NCBI GenBank assembly: GCA_963796685.1
Contig: CAWCMR010000008.1
Span: forward strand, 256,001 to 320,000
Reading direction: 5' to 3'
DNA: 64,000 nt
Source: an uncultured delta proteobacterium
GTDB lineage: Bacteria > Myxococcota_A > Polyangia > Fen-1088
A program made the position numbers and the translations under genes. The notes below the pieces were generated by a model, which was given only the letters and a program-made list of their open reading frames with translations, was not told the DNA's origin and did not search any database. This document shows positions 45,052-53,975 of this stretch, piece after piece (positions within the stretch are counted from its first letter, which is position 1; each line of letters opens with the position of its first letter).

Positions 45052-45075
45052 AGCAACGAAGCAATTTTCGGATTT

Positions 45076-45191
45076 TTCACCACAGAGAGCACCGAGGGCG
45101 CAGAGGCCGGATGAGGAAGGGTTTCCGGATCTAGGATCCGAACTACTTCATTCCCCTCCATCTCTGTGCCCTCCGTGCTCTCTGTGGCGAA
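45076..45191. repeat. Long inverted repeat (30-bp arms) between convergent osc and DUF35 genes
   Basis: TTCACCACAGAGAGCACCGAGGGCGCAGAG ... CTCTGTGCCCTCCGTGCTCTCTGTGGCGAA, 3 mismatches. Confidence 0.8.
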
Positions 45192-45222
45192 GGTCTTCTT
45201 CGCCGCTCGCGGTGCTCTTGGC

Positions 45223-45648
45223 CTAGCCCGAAACCGGCTCCGCGCCCGCCGACGGGACAATCACGGGACGGAACTTGTAGCCGTAGACGATGGTGCCCTT
45301 GTTGCCGTCGTCGCACAGCTTGCGCGTGACCATCTCGACCGGCATGCCGATCTCGATCTTCTCCCCCTCCACGTCGGTGAGCTGGGCCGCGACCAGCGGC
45401 CCCTCGACCAGGCGGATCAAGGCGACCACGTACGGCGCGAATCGCTCGAAGCCCTCCGGCGGGTGGCGGACGGTCGAGTAGGAGTAGACTTCACCCTTGC
45501 CACTGAAGACGAAGGGGGTCTTGGCGGGGGCGTTGCACTGGGGGCAGACGTCGCGCGCGGGGAAGATCTTGTCGCCGCAATGCGTGCACACCTCGCCGAC
45601 AAGCGCGTAGCGGTGCCGCTGCAATCGCCAATGCCTAGCAATCTCCAT
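45223..45648 (-). CDS. DUF35 Zn-ribbon/OB-fold protein (thiolase-HMGCS scaffold)
   Basis: CTHC..FPAR.VCPQC, G.VYSYS, YGYKFRP. Confidence 0.92.
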   Translation of the reverse strand: MEIARHWRLQRHRYALVGEVCTHCGDKIFPARDVCPQCNAPAKTPFVFSGKGEVYSYSTVRHPPEGFERFAPYVVALIRLVEGPLVAAQLTDVEGEKIEIGMPVEMVTRKLCDDGNKGTIVYGYKFRPVIVPSAGAEPVSG

Positions 45649-45696
45649 GGCGCGTTTCTCCTCTTCTCGGCCTTGCGGTGTCAAGCATCGAAGTCG

Positions 45697-46854
45697 TCAG
45701 CCGGCGGCCTCGAGAATCGTGGTCACGACGGTGGCGCCGCTGCCACCGATGTTTTGCGCCATACCGAGTCGAGCCTGCGGTACCTGGTTGGCACCCGCCT
45801 GGCCGCGCAGTTGCAACGCCACCTCGATCACCTGGTAGATGCCGGTGGCGCCCACGGGATGTCCGCGCGCCTTGAGCCCGCCCATGGTCGTGATCGGGAT
45901 CTGACCGCCGATAGCAATGTCACCGTCGCTGGCGAGGTGCACGCCCCGCCCCCGCTCGGCGAAGCCGCACGCCTCGAGCGACAACACCGACATGATGGTG
46001 AACGCATCGTGCAGCTCGAACAGATCGATATCCGCGGGCGTGAGCTTGGCTTGGCGGTACGCCTTGGCCGCGCTCAACGCGGCGGCTTCGAGCGCGAGCA
46101 GGTCGCGTCGGTCGTGCAGGGCGACGGTGTCGGTGGCCGACGACGACGCCAGGATACGCACCGACCGGGCCGAGAGCGAGCGCGCCATCTCCGTGGGGCA
46201 CAGCACCACGGCGGCAGCGCCGTCGCAGACGGGCGAGCTGTCGAGCAGGTTCACGGGATCCGCGATCATCCTGGCCGAGCAGAAATCCTCGGCTGTCACC
46301 GCGTGCGGAAAGATGGCGTTCGGGTTGGCCACGGCGTTCTTGTGTGCATTGATGGTGAAGGGCGCGAAGTCGCGGTGTTGCACGCGGTATTCGTGCATGT
46401 ACCGCCGCATGAGCAGCGCATTGAGCGCCACGAACGACAGCCCGTTCTGCGCCTCGAAGTCCCCGTCCGAGGCCATGGCCAGCGCGGCGGTCACCTGCTG
46501 ACCCGGGCGATCCGTCATCTTCTCCACCCCGGCGACGACGACGACATCGGCCAGCTCACCCGCGACCGCGATGTAGCCCAACCTCAGCGCGGCCGCGCCC
46601 GAGCCGCAGGCAGCCTCGACCTTGACGGCCTCGACCCCGCGCAGGCCGACCCAGTCGGCCACCAGCGCGCCCAGGTGCTCCTGGCCATTGAGCACGCCGG
46701 ACAGCATGTTGCCGACGTAGAGCGCGTCGACGTGGTCCACGTGGGCATCTTCGATGGCGGCCTCCACGGCTTGCCCGGCGAGATCCTTGAGCGATTTGTC
46801 CCAATGCTCGCCGACCGGGGTCTGGCCCATTCCGATGATCGATACGTCTCGCAT
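45697..46854 (-). CDS. Archaeal-type acetoacetyl-CoA thiolase
   Basis: EAACGSG, GVEKMTD, ELHDAF, GHPVGATG, NIGGSG. Confidence 0.92.
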   Translation of the reverse strand: MRDVSIIGMGQTPVGEHWDKSLKDLAGQAVEAAIEDAHVDHVDALYVGNMLSGVLNGQEHLGALVADWVGLRGVEAVKVEAACGSGAAALRLGYIAVAGELADVVVVAGVEKMTDRPGQQVTAALAMASDGDFEAQNGLSFVALNALLMRRYMHEYRVQHRDFAPFTINAHKNAVANPNAIFPHAVTAEDFCSARMIADPVNLLDSSPVCDGAAAVVLCPTEMARSLSARSVRILASSSATDTVALHDRRDLLALEAAALSAAKAYRQAKLTPADIDLFELHDAFTIMSVLSLEACGFAERGRGVHLASDGDIAIGGQIPITTMGGLKARGHPVGATGIYQVIEVALQLRGQAGANQVPQARLGMAQNIGGSGATVVTTILEAAG

Positions 46855-46892
46855 GTCGGTTCCGTGACTTCCTTCTTGGGTGTGAGGCCGTT

Positions 46893-47951
46893 CTACTCCA
46901 TCCGGATCTTGTTACGATGGCGCGCGTAGGTCGCGTAGTCGAGCTCGTGGCGGCGGACGATGTAGTCGCGCGTGGCGAGGGCGCGGCCGCGCCGCTCGGT
47001 GATGGCATCGGTGACGAGCAGGTCGAAGGCATCGCTGCCGGCGCCGCTGCCGAACGAGACCATGAGCACACGATCCCCCGGTCGCGCAACGTCGAGCACG
47101 CTGGTGAGGCCGAGCATGGCCGCGCCGGCATAGGTGTTGCCGATGTCGTTGACCAACAGCCCTGCCTCGAGCTGCTCGCGTTCAAACCCGAGCTCGCGGC
47201 CGGCCTTGAGCGGGAACTTGACGTTGGGCTGGTGAAACACCACGTGCCGGTAGTCGGAAGGGCTGCGTTCGAGCGCCTCCATGACCTCTGTCGCCGCGGC
47301 CAGCACGTGGCGGAAGTAGGCGGGCTCGCCGGTAAACCGCCCGGCGTGAGAAGGATAGTGCTCGTGTTGCCGGCGCCAGAAATCGGGCGTGTCGGTCACG
47401 TACGAGGTCGAGCCCTCGACCACGGCGAGCGACTGCTCGGCCGGGCCGACCAGAAACGCGGCCCCGCCAGCGCCCGCCGTGTACTCGAGAGCGTCGCGCG
47501 GACGCCCCTGCGCGGTGTCCGTGCCGAGGGCGAGCGCGTAGTCGGCCATCTCGGAGCCGACGAAGCCGAGCGCAGCCTGGAGCGCCTCGGTGCCGGCTTT
47601 GCAGGCGAACTGCCAGTCCGCGGCCAAGGTATGCGGCACCGAACCGAGCGCCTCCGCGACGATGGTGCTGGTCGGTTTGACGGCGTAGGGGTGGCTCTCG
47701 CTGCCGACCCAGACGGCCCGGATGAGCGATGGCTCGATCGCGGCGCGCTTGAGCGCGTTGCGCGCCGCCTCGAGCGACATGGTCGCCACGTCTTCGTCGA
47801 GACCGGGCACCGCCTTTTCTTTCGCCGGCAGGTTGTACGTTTCCTGTGCGTCCCACATGCGGCTGATCTGGGTTCCCGGCAGACGATAGCGCGGCACGTA
47901 GGCGCCGTACCCGACGATGCCGACCTTACGACGTGATTTCATGACTTTCAT
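46893..47951 (-). CDS. Archaeal-type hydroxymethylglutaryl-CoA synthase
   Basis: [62 protein letters not shown]. Confidence 0.93.
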   Translation of the reverse strand: MKVMKSRRKVGIVGYGAYVPRYRLPGTQISRMWDAQETYNLPAKEKAVPGLDEDVATMSLEAARNALKRAAIEPSLIRAVWVGSESHPYAVKPTSTIVAEALGSVPHTLAADWQFACKAGTEALQAALGFVGSEMADYALALGTDTAQGRPRDALEYTAGAGGAAFLVGPAEQSLAVVEGSTSYVTDTPDFWRRQHEHYPSHAGRFTGEPAYFRHVLAAATEVMEALERSPSDYRHVVFHQPNVKFPLKAGRELGFEREQLEAGLLVNDIGNTYAGAAMLGLTSVLDVARPGDRVLMVSFGSGAGSDAFDLLVTDAITERRGRALATRDYIVRRHELDYATYARHRNKIRME

Positions 47952-48074
47952 GGATGACGCTTCTTCGATGCCCGTACTATGCATCCGTCGTGGCGGATGC
48001 GGCAGTCGAGAATACACCCGCGGGGCTCAAGCTCCACATCGAGCTCCTCCGGATCGAACACAGGGCGGGCGACT

Positions 48075-48090
48075 AGCAAGAAACACGCCG
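48075..48090 (-). promoter_or_regulatory. Sigma-54 promoter for HMGCS-thiolase-DUF35
   Basis: Minus strand CGGCGTGTTTCTTGCT has GG-N10-GC. Confidence 0.62.
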
Positions 48091-48186
48091 CCGAGGCTTG
48101 CCCTCGTCCTCTCCGCGCCGCAGCCTCGATTCCCAGCATGACGGTGCCGCAGGCTTGGAAGTGTGGCGGCACGCGACGGTTCTGTG

Positions 48187-48220
48187 CGAGCGACGTCGCA
48201 CGGGCGTGCTAAATCGCACG
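48187..48220. promoter_or_regulatory. Tandem putative enhancer palindromes
   Basis: CGAGCGACGTCGCACG and CGTGCTAAATCGCACG; the reverse complement of the second matches 41693 at 15/16. Confidence 0.7.
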
Positions 48221-48456
48221 GACGCCGTGGCATGGGCCGAGCCCGACACGAGCTTCGCGCCCATCCGGATTTCGGTGTTTCGCAATTTTGTGGGACGCCA
48301 GCATCCTGAGAGCTCGGCTGCTAGACTCCCGGACATCGTGCTGCTGCTCCGCCCGAGCCCGTGTCGCTGCCTCCGCCACCTCTTTCCGTCGCGCCTGCCA
48401 GGCCGCGCATCGCGACCGGACGCTCACCGAACCGCCGGCCGGCTTGGAGAGGCACG

Positions 48457-49813
48457 GTGAGCGTCGCTATCCGCGACATCGTGATCGTCGGTGGCGGCCT
48501 CACCGGCGCCTCGCTCGCCTGCGCGCTGGCAGATGGGACACGACGAATTCTCGTGCTCGAAGCGCGCGCGGGCCGCGGCCCTCGTTTTGCTGGCGAGCTG
48601 ATTCACCCCACCGGCGTCGACGTGCTCGACCAGGTCGGCGTGCTCCCCGCCCTCCGGCAGGCGGGTGGCGTCGAGCTGGCCGGCTTCGCCATCGGCATCG
48701 CCGGACGTGCGACCACGCACCTGCCGTACGCCGACATTCGCGACGGCCGCCCGCACGGCTTCGCAATCGAGCACCATGACATGGTGGCTGCCTTGCGGCG
48801 GGAGGCGGCGGCGCGAAACGGCGTCGAGATCCGCTACGGCAGGAGGGTGCTCGAGCTCGTGCGCCAGGGCGATCGCGTGGCCGGCGTGCGCAGCGACGAC
48901 GGCGAATGGATCCGCGCCGACCTCACGCTGGTCGCCGAGGGGCGCCACTCGCTCCTGCGGCAGCAGACTGCGCACCGGCGAGTCGTCTCGGCTGGTCGCC
49001 TACAACGCCGCCTTGCTGGTCGAGGATGCCGTGCTCCCCGAGGGCCGTTATGGCCACATCGTCCTCGGCGCACCCGGCCCCATTCTGGCCTATCCCATCG
49101 GGTCCGCCGGTGGCGGGCGCCACCGCGTGCGTATGTGCTTCGACTTCCCGGCGCTGCCCGAAGCAGGACGCGGCCTCGCCCGCATGGCCGCGGCGATTCG
49201 CGAGCGCTACCTTCCCCTGGTCCCTGAGCCGCTGCGCACCGCCGCCGCACGAGCCCTCGACGCGCACAAGCCGGAAGTCGCCGCGTGCCACGCCATCGCC
49301 ACCCGTCGCTGTGTCGAACCCGGCATCGCCCTCGTCGGCGAGGCCGGCGGCTGCTCGCACCCGATCACCGCCGCCGGGATGACCGTGTGCCTCACCGACA
49401 TCCGCATCCTGGCCGAGGAGCTGGGTGCCGACGTCGGGCTCGACCGCGCGCTCTTGCGCTACCAGGCGCGCCGCTACCGTTTTGCGCGGGCACGCGAGGT
49501 GCTCGCGGATGCGCTCTACGAAACCTTCCTGGCCGGCAGCGACGGCACGCGCGCGATCCGCGAGGGCATCTTCAGCTACTGGGAGGGTGGTCGCCGCGCG
49601 CGCGCCGCCTCGCTCGCGCTCCTGTCCGGCGCCGACAGCCGCCCCGAAAGCTTCCTCGCCGAATACTGGCGGGTCGCCGGCCACGGCATCGGACGAACCC
49701 TGCGCGGTGCCGTCCCGGGCCATGACGGCCGCCCGCTCGGGCGTTGGAGAGGCGTGCGGGGGCTCGTCGGGATGTCGCTCGACAAGCTCGGTCGCGTGGC
49801 AAAGCGCTCTTGA
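48457..49813 (+). CDS. Squalene epoxidase (FAD-dependent monooxygenase), frameshift near 48967
   Basis: GGGLTG, GELIHPTG (cf. SQLE GELLQPGG), AEGRHS, GEAGGCSHPITAAGMT (cf. GDA..RHPLTGGGMT); locus context. Confidence 0.85.
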
Positions 49814-49858
49814 ATCGTAAGGAGGTCCGCCGCGGCAGGTCCGCGACGGACATGCGGG

Positions 49859-51004
49859 CTAGCGACGCGCGCCCGCCGGCGGTGCGAACGCCACGTCCTC
49901 CCTGCAGCGACCGAGCAGCGCCGCGAGCGCGGGGTTCGAGGCGGCAGCCTCCGCCGCTTCGACGAGGATGCGAGCGACAGTGGTACGGCTCACCTTCGGC
50001 TCGGCCCCGGCCCGCAAGGTGTCGTCCCCCTGCTCGACCATCCGCAGCGTGGCGAACGCCAGTGCCAGCGGCACCAGGCAGAACAAGCGCACCGAGCGCC
50101 CGGCCTCTCCGCCGGCGCCCGATGCGGGCCACAACGCGACGTATTCCTCGGCGCGCCGGAGATGCGCGCGTGCGCATGCACACACGGCGCGAACCACGGC
50201 GAGGCCTGCGTCCCGCATCGCCGGATCCAAGAGGCGCTCGACCTCGAGCCCGTGCTCGCGAGCCAGGTCGAGCGGCAAGAAGCACACGCCTCGCTCGCGA
50301 AAATCCGTGGCCGCGTCTTTGACGATGTTCACCATCTGCAGGCCGATCCCGAAGCTGACCGCCCGTTCGCGCAGAGCACTGCGCAGCTCTTCGGACAGTC
50401 CCGGGGCTGCTTCCTCGAACAGCACCGTGAGCAGGTTGCCGACCGTACCCGCGACGAAGTAGCAGTAGCGCTCGAGGTCCGCCAGATCGGCCAAGCGCGG
50501 AGCGACTCCACGTGCGCAGTAGGAGCGCATGCCGCTCGACATCTCCAGCACGTGCGGCCGGATTGCATCGCGCTGCGACGCCGGCAGCGCGTGGAAGACA
50601 CGAAATACCGCACCCGCTCCCCGACACAGCTCTCCGTCCGCCCCCGTTCCGCCGACGGAAGCACGTGCGCACGCGAGCTCGAGCTCGGCCGCATCCTTCC
50701 CATCGTCGAGCAGGCGATCGAAGACATCGAACAGCTCGTTCCGCCGCGCGTCCGCCAACGTCGGCTCGTCTTCTATCGAGTCGACCACGCGGCAGAGCAA
50801 GTAGGCGCTGCGCACCGCCGCGCGCAGGAAGTCCGGCAGCGCCTCGATGGACAGGGCAAAGGTGCGCGATACCCGCGGCAGGATCGCACTACAGAACTCC
50901 GTATCCAGTGCGGCTGCACCCATCGCAGACGACGTGCGGCGAGGCTTCTCTCCAGGCTCTCCCGTGTACCCGCCGGCTCGAAGCGCAGTGGCAGTCTTCA
51001 TCAT
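49859..51004 (-). CDS. Squalene/phytoene synthase family (probable squalene synthase)
   Basis: VSRTFAL, YLLCRVVDSIEDE, YCYFVAGTVG, GLQMVNIVKD...D. Confidence 0.92.
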   Translation of the reverse strand: MMKTATALRAGGYTGEPGEKPRRTSSAMGAAALDTEFCSAILPRVSRTFALSIEALPDFLRAAVRSAYLLCRVVDSIEDEPTLADARRNELFDVFDRLLDDGKDAAELELACARASVGGTGADGELCRGAGAVFRVFHALPASQRDAIRPHVLEMSSGMRSYCARGVAPRLADLADLERYCYFVAGTVGNLLTVLFEEAAPGLSEELRSALRERAVSFGIGLQMVNIVKDAATDFRERGVCFLPLDLAREHGLEVERLLDPAMRDAGLAVVRAVCACARAHLRRAEEYVALWPASGAGGEAGRSVRLFCLVPLALAFATLRMVEQGDDTLRAGAEPKVSRTTVARILVEAAEAAASNPALAALLGRCREDVAFAPPAGARR

Positions 51005-51039
51005 TCTCCTTACCTCTTCCTCGATGCGCGGGGCAAGCC

Positions 51040-51055
51040 TGCAAGGGAGGTGCCT
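51040..51055 (-). promoter_or_regulatory. Sigma-54 promoter for squalene synthase
   Basis: Minus strand AGGCACCTCCCTTGCA, near-consensus; AGGAG RBS downstream. Confidence 0.72.
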
Positions 51056-51117
51056 CGCCGACTGGTTCGCGTCATCGCCGCGCCACGGACATTACAGCCC
51101 AAAGGAGCTTCGCGGAG

Positions 51118-51152
51118 AGTGCGAAAGCGCACGCACCGTGCGATTGCGAACA
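51118..51152. promoter_or_regulatory. Tandem putative enhancer palindromes
   Basis: AGTGCGAAAGCGCACG and CGTGCGATTGCGAACA. Confidence 0.62.
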
Positions 51153-51558
51153 AGCCGAGCGGGGGCAAGGCCATGTCTGGCGGATGCCGAAGCCGGTCGA
51201 ACCATGGACACCAAAGAGCTTCTGCGCCGTCGCGAAGAAACGGCGGTCCGCGGGGCGGTAGCCTTGAACGCGCTTGCAGCAGGATGATGGTGAGCGAGCA
51301 CCCGATCGCGCTGGTTGAACATGGCGACCCAAATGCTGGCTCCTGGGTCGCCGTTCCCGCGCTTCGATCTCGCCGAAGCTGCGCGGCGATCCGCGCGACC
51401 TAAATGTATTTTGAGCGCGGCCAACCCGACCTCGGTAAGCTGCATTTCTTGGAGTCGTCGAAAGCAGAGGAGGCCGGGGCAATTCGCCCGGGCCTCCTGT
51501 TGAGCGCTGCCAGTTAACCGCCGTGCATCCGACGCACGGTCAGCGTCCAGCCTTCGGT

Positions 51559-53391
51559 CTACCGAAGGCTCGGAAGGACCCGCGTGCCCTCGATCTGGAC
51601 GGCCGTCAGCGCGTGCGGGTTGAGCCCCAGGAGAGCGAGGATCGTCGGTGCAACCTGGGTGGTCTCGACGGGGGTGGACTCGACCTGAACCGGTATGCTC
51701 GGGCCGCTGACAACCATCAGGACGTGTCGGTCGCCGGTGTTCATACCGCCGTGCTCGGCCAGCTTGGTCGGCTTCGCGTAGACGATGCCCACCTGGACTT
51801 TGCCGAAGACGTCCGGGTAGTGACCGTTGTCGACCGGGACGCCGAAGAAGTGGGCGGCTTCCGCGCCGGCCCAGATCTCGGCGAGGCCCGAGTGCTGGAC
51901 GGTGACGGGGTTCTTATTGACGTCGAAACCATCAGCGGTGTGGTTCCACAGGTAGCTCTTGACGAAGTCGCAAGCGGCCTGCGAGTTGTCCGACAGGTAC
52001 GACTGCCACAGGTCGTCGTTGGTTCCGGCAACGATCAGGCTCGTGTTGCTCGGGTGCAGCTGCGCCCAGGCTGCGTTGATCGCGCTGACGATCGGGCCGT
52101 CCTTGACGGTGATGAGCTTGTTCGGATCCTGCGGCGACTGGCCGTGCTTTGCCGTGACGATGATCGCCGTCGAGCCCGCCAGGCCGTCCTTGTGGATCGT
52201 GGAAACCATGCGGCCCAGTTGAGCGTCGACGTAGTCGAGCGCGCTCGAGAGGACGGGGCCGGGAACGAGCTGACCGTTGACCCACTGGTAACCACATGCC
52301 TCCGGAGCGCTGGTGGTGTAATTCCCACTGGCGTCCGGACCGATCAACGTCGTCGGAGTCGAGCGGATCTTCTGCGCGACCGAGACGGTCTGGAAGTTCA
52401 TGCCGAAGATCGCGGGGGTGCCGACGCGGGTCTTGCCCGAGTGGTCGAGACCGTCGATCTCATTCAGGATGGCCTGGACCTTGTAGCCGTCGTACTGCTT
52501 GGTCGCCGCGTTGATGTGCGCCCAGTCGTCGTCCTGCGGGTAAGGGACACCGTTCGGCATGACAGCCTGCGAGTCGATCTCCGGCGAGAAGAGGTCGTCG
52601 ATGCTCCGGCCGTTCGAGTCCGGACCATTGAACGATGCGTAGACCTCGTGCTTGTCAGACCAGGCGGTGCGCAGGCCGGCATCGTGGATGATCTGGAAGA
52701 TCGTGTTCACGCCCAGGTAGTCCCACGGGGTGATCGGCTGGCAGGTCTTCGGGTCTACTGGGAACGTGCCCGGGTTGAGCGACGTCTCCGGGTCGAACTT
52801 CAGGTCCATGATCGCGGCGGGGTTGGTGTCAACGCCGTTGGCGAAGATCGAACCGTCCTCGTCGAACGACGGGAAAGTGTTGCCGCTCCCGTTATTCAGC
52901 AGGTCCTGCACGGCGGGAAGCGCGTCGTCCGGCGAGTCATAGATGACGTCACCGCCGGTGGCCGGCTGGCCAGGGGTGCAGGCAGCGCCCGCCTCGTCGA
53001 CCTTGTGGCTGTACTCGACGTCATAGAAGACGCCGGTCGATTTGGGGTTACCGCCGGTCATCAGCGCGGTGCCACCCGGGTCGGAGTCCGACGGGTTGGA
53101 GGTCGCCGCGTTGGTGTACTCGGTGCCGGAGTGAACCAACTTGGCAAGCGGCGAGTGTGGGTGGTTGGCGACGTACCAGTCAAGGTCACTCTGGTGCATG
53201 CCATCGACGCTGATGAGGAGGACGTGATCAATATCTCGCTTCCCCTGGTCATGGTCACCCTGGCTATGGTCGACGTGGGTGGCGAGAGCCGCCGAGACGG
53301 GGGCGGCGTTGTCGGTGGAACCGGGCTGGTTGGTTCCGCACGCGGTCAAGATGGACAAGGCAAACAACGAGGCGTTCTTCTTGTAGGTCAT
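51559..53391 (-). CDS. Alkaline-phosphatase-superfamily (NPP-like) lipoprotein
   Basis: Lipobox LTAC; LLISVDGMH, TAKHG, AEHGG, VAPTILALLG. Confidence 0.85.
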   Translation of the reverse strand: MTYKKNASLFALSILTACGTNQPGSTDNAAPVSAALATHVDHSQGDHDQGKRDIDHVLLISVDGMHQSDLDWYVANHPHSPLAKLVHSGTEYTNAATSNPSDSDPGGTALMTGGNPKSTGVFYDVEYSHKVDEAGAACTPGQPATGGDVIYDSPDDALPAVQDLLNNGSGNTFPSFDEDGSIFANGVDTNPAAIMDLKFDPETSLNPGTFPVDPKTCQPITPWDYLGVNTIFQIIHDAGLRTAWSDKHEVYASFNGPDSNGRSIDDLFSPEIDSQAVMPNGVPYPQDDDWAHINAATKQYDGYKVQAILNEIDGLDHSGKTRVGTPAIFGMNFQTVSVAQKIRSTPTTLIGPDASGNYTTSAPEACGYQWVNGQLVPGPVLSSALDYVDAQLGRMVSTIHKDGLAGSTAIIVTAKHGQSPQDPNKLITVKDGPIVSAINAAWAQLHPSNTSLIVAGTNDDLWQSYLSDNSQAACDFVKSYLWNHTADGFDVNKNPVTVQHSGLAEIWAGAEAAHFFGVPVDNGHYPDVFGKVQVGIVYAKPTKLAEHGGMNTGDRHVLMVVSGPSIPVQVESTPVETTQVAPTILALLGLNPHALTAVQIEGTRVLPSLR

Positions 53392-53613
53392 CGAACATCT
53401 CCTTTGGAGCAGATGCCGATGCCATTACCGCACACCGATCGGTGTTGCCCGTGTCGGTTTCGCAACTTTTTGGTCGCCTGGTCGGAGGGGAACCTTTTCG
53501 TCAGAATCACCGGGAACCAGGGAAACACCTTCTCGGCGCACCTTTCATGGGTGATTGGGTCGCCCGGCGCCCCCCCGAACGACCATGTCACGACGAGTTG
53601 CTGCCCAAGGTGC

Positions 53614-53642
53614 TTGCCAACATGGCCAAGTAGCCATATACT
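53614..53642 (+). promoter_or_regulatory. Sigma-70 promoter with ArsR-type operator in the spacer
   Basis: TTGCCA-17nt-TATACT enclosing the inverted repeat ATGGC-N6-GCCAT; second operator copy at 53991-54006. Confidence 0.75.
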
Positions 53643-53655
53643 TGTCATCGAATCT

Positions 53656-53952
53656 ATGACAGCCAAGAGCGATGACATATTTCGTCGGCAGGCGCGCGTG
53701 CTCAAAGCACTCGCAAATGAGTCCCGACTCAAGATCGTCGACCGTCTCTCCAAAGGGGAATGCTCGGTAGGTGACCTGACCGACATGATTGGCTCGGATC
53801 GTTCGACCGTATCGAAGCACCTGGCGGTACTTCGAGCTCACGACATCGTGCTCGACCGGCGGGAAGGGAACGTCGTCTACTACTCCCTGCTCATCCCTTG
53901 CGTGATGAACTTCTTCTCGTGTGCCACCCAGGTGCTGAAGGAACGGACGTAG
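53656..53952 (+). CDS. ArsR/SmtB-family transcriptional repressor
   Basis: KALANESRLKI, STVSKHLAVL, REGNVVYY, C-terminal C..FF.C. Confidence 0.92.
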   Translation: MTAKSDDIFRRQARVLKALANESRLKIVDRLSKGECSVGDLTDMIGSDRSTVSKHLAVLRAHDIVLDRREGNVVYYSLLIPCVMNFFSCATQVLKERT

Positions 53953-53975
53953 CGAGCGGCTCCTCTCTTTTTTGA

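Noticed and set aside
48228-48345. Sigma-54 promoter for the squalene epoxidase
   Set aside because: Only weak GG-N10-GC matches lacking the TTGC element.
51072-51503. ORFs between squalene synthase and the phosphatase
   Set aside because: No convincing homology; the region holds regulatory sites and a terminator-like hairpin near 51465-51501.
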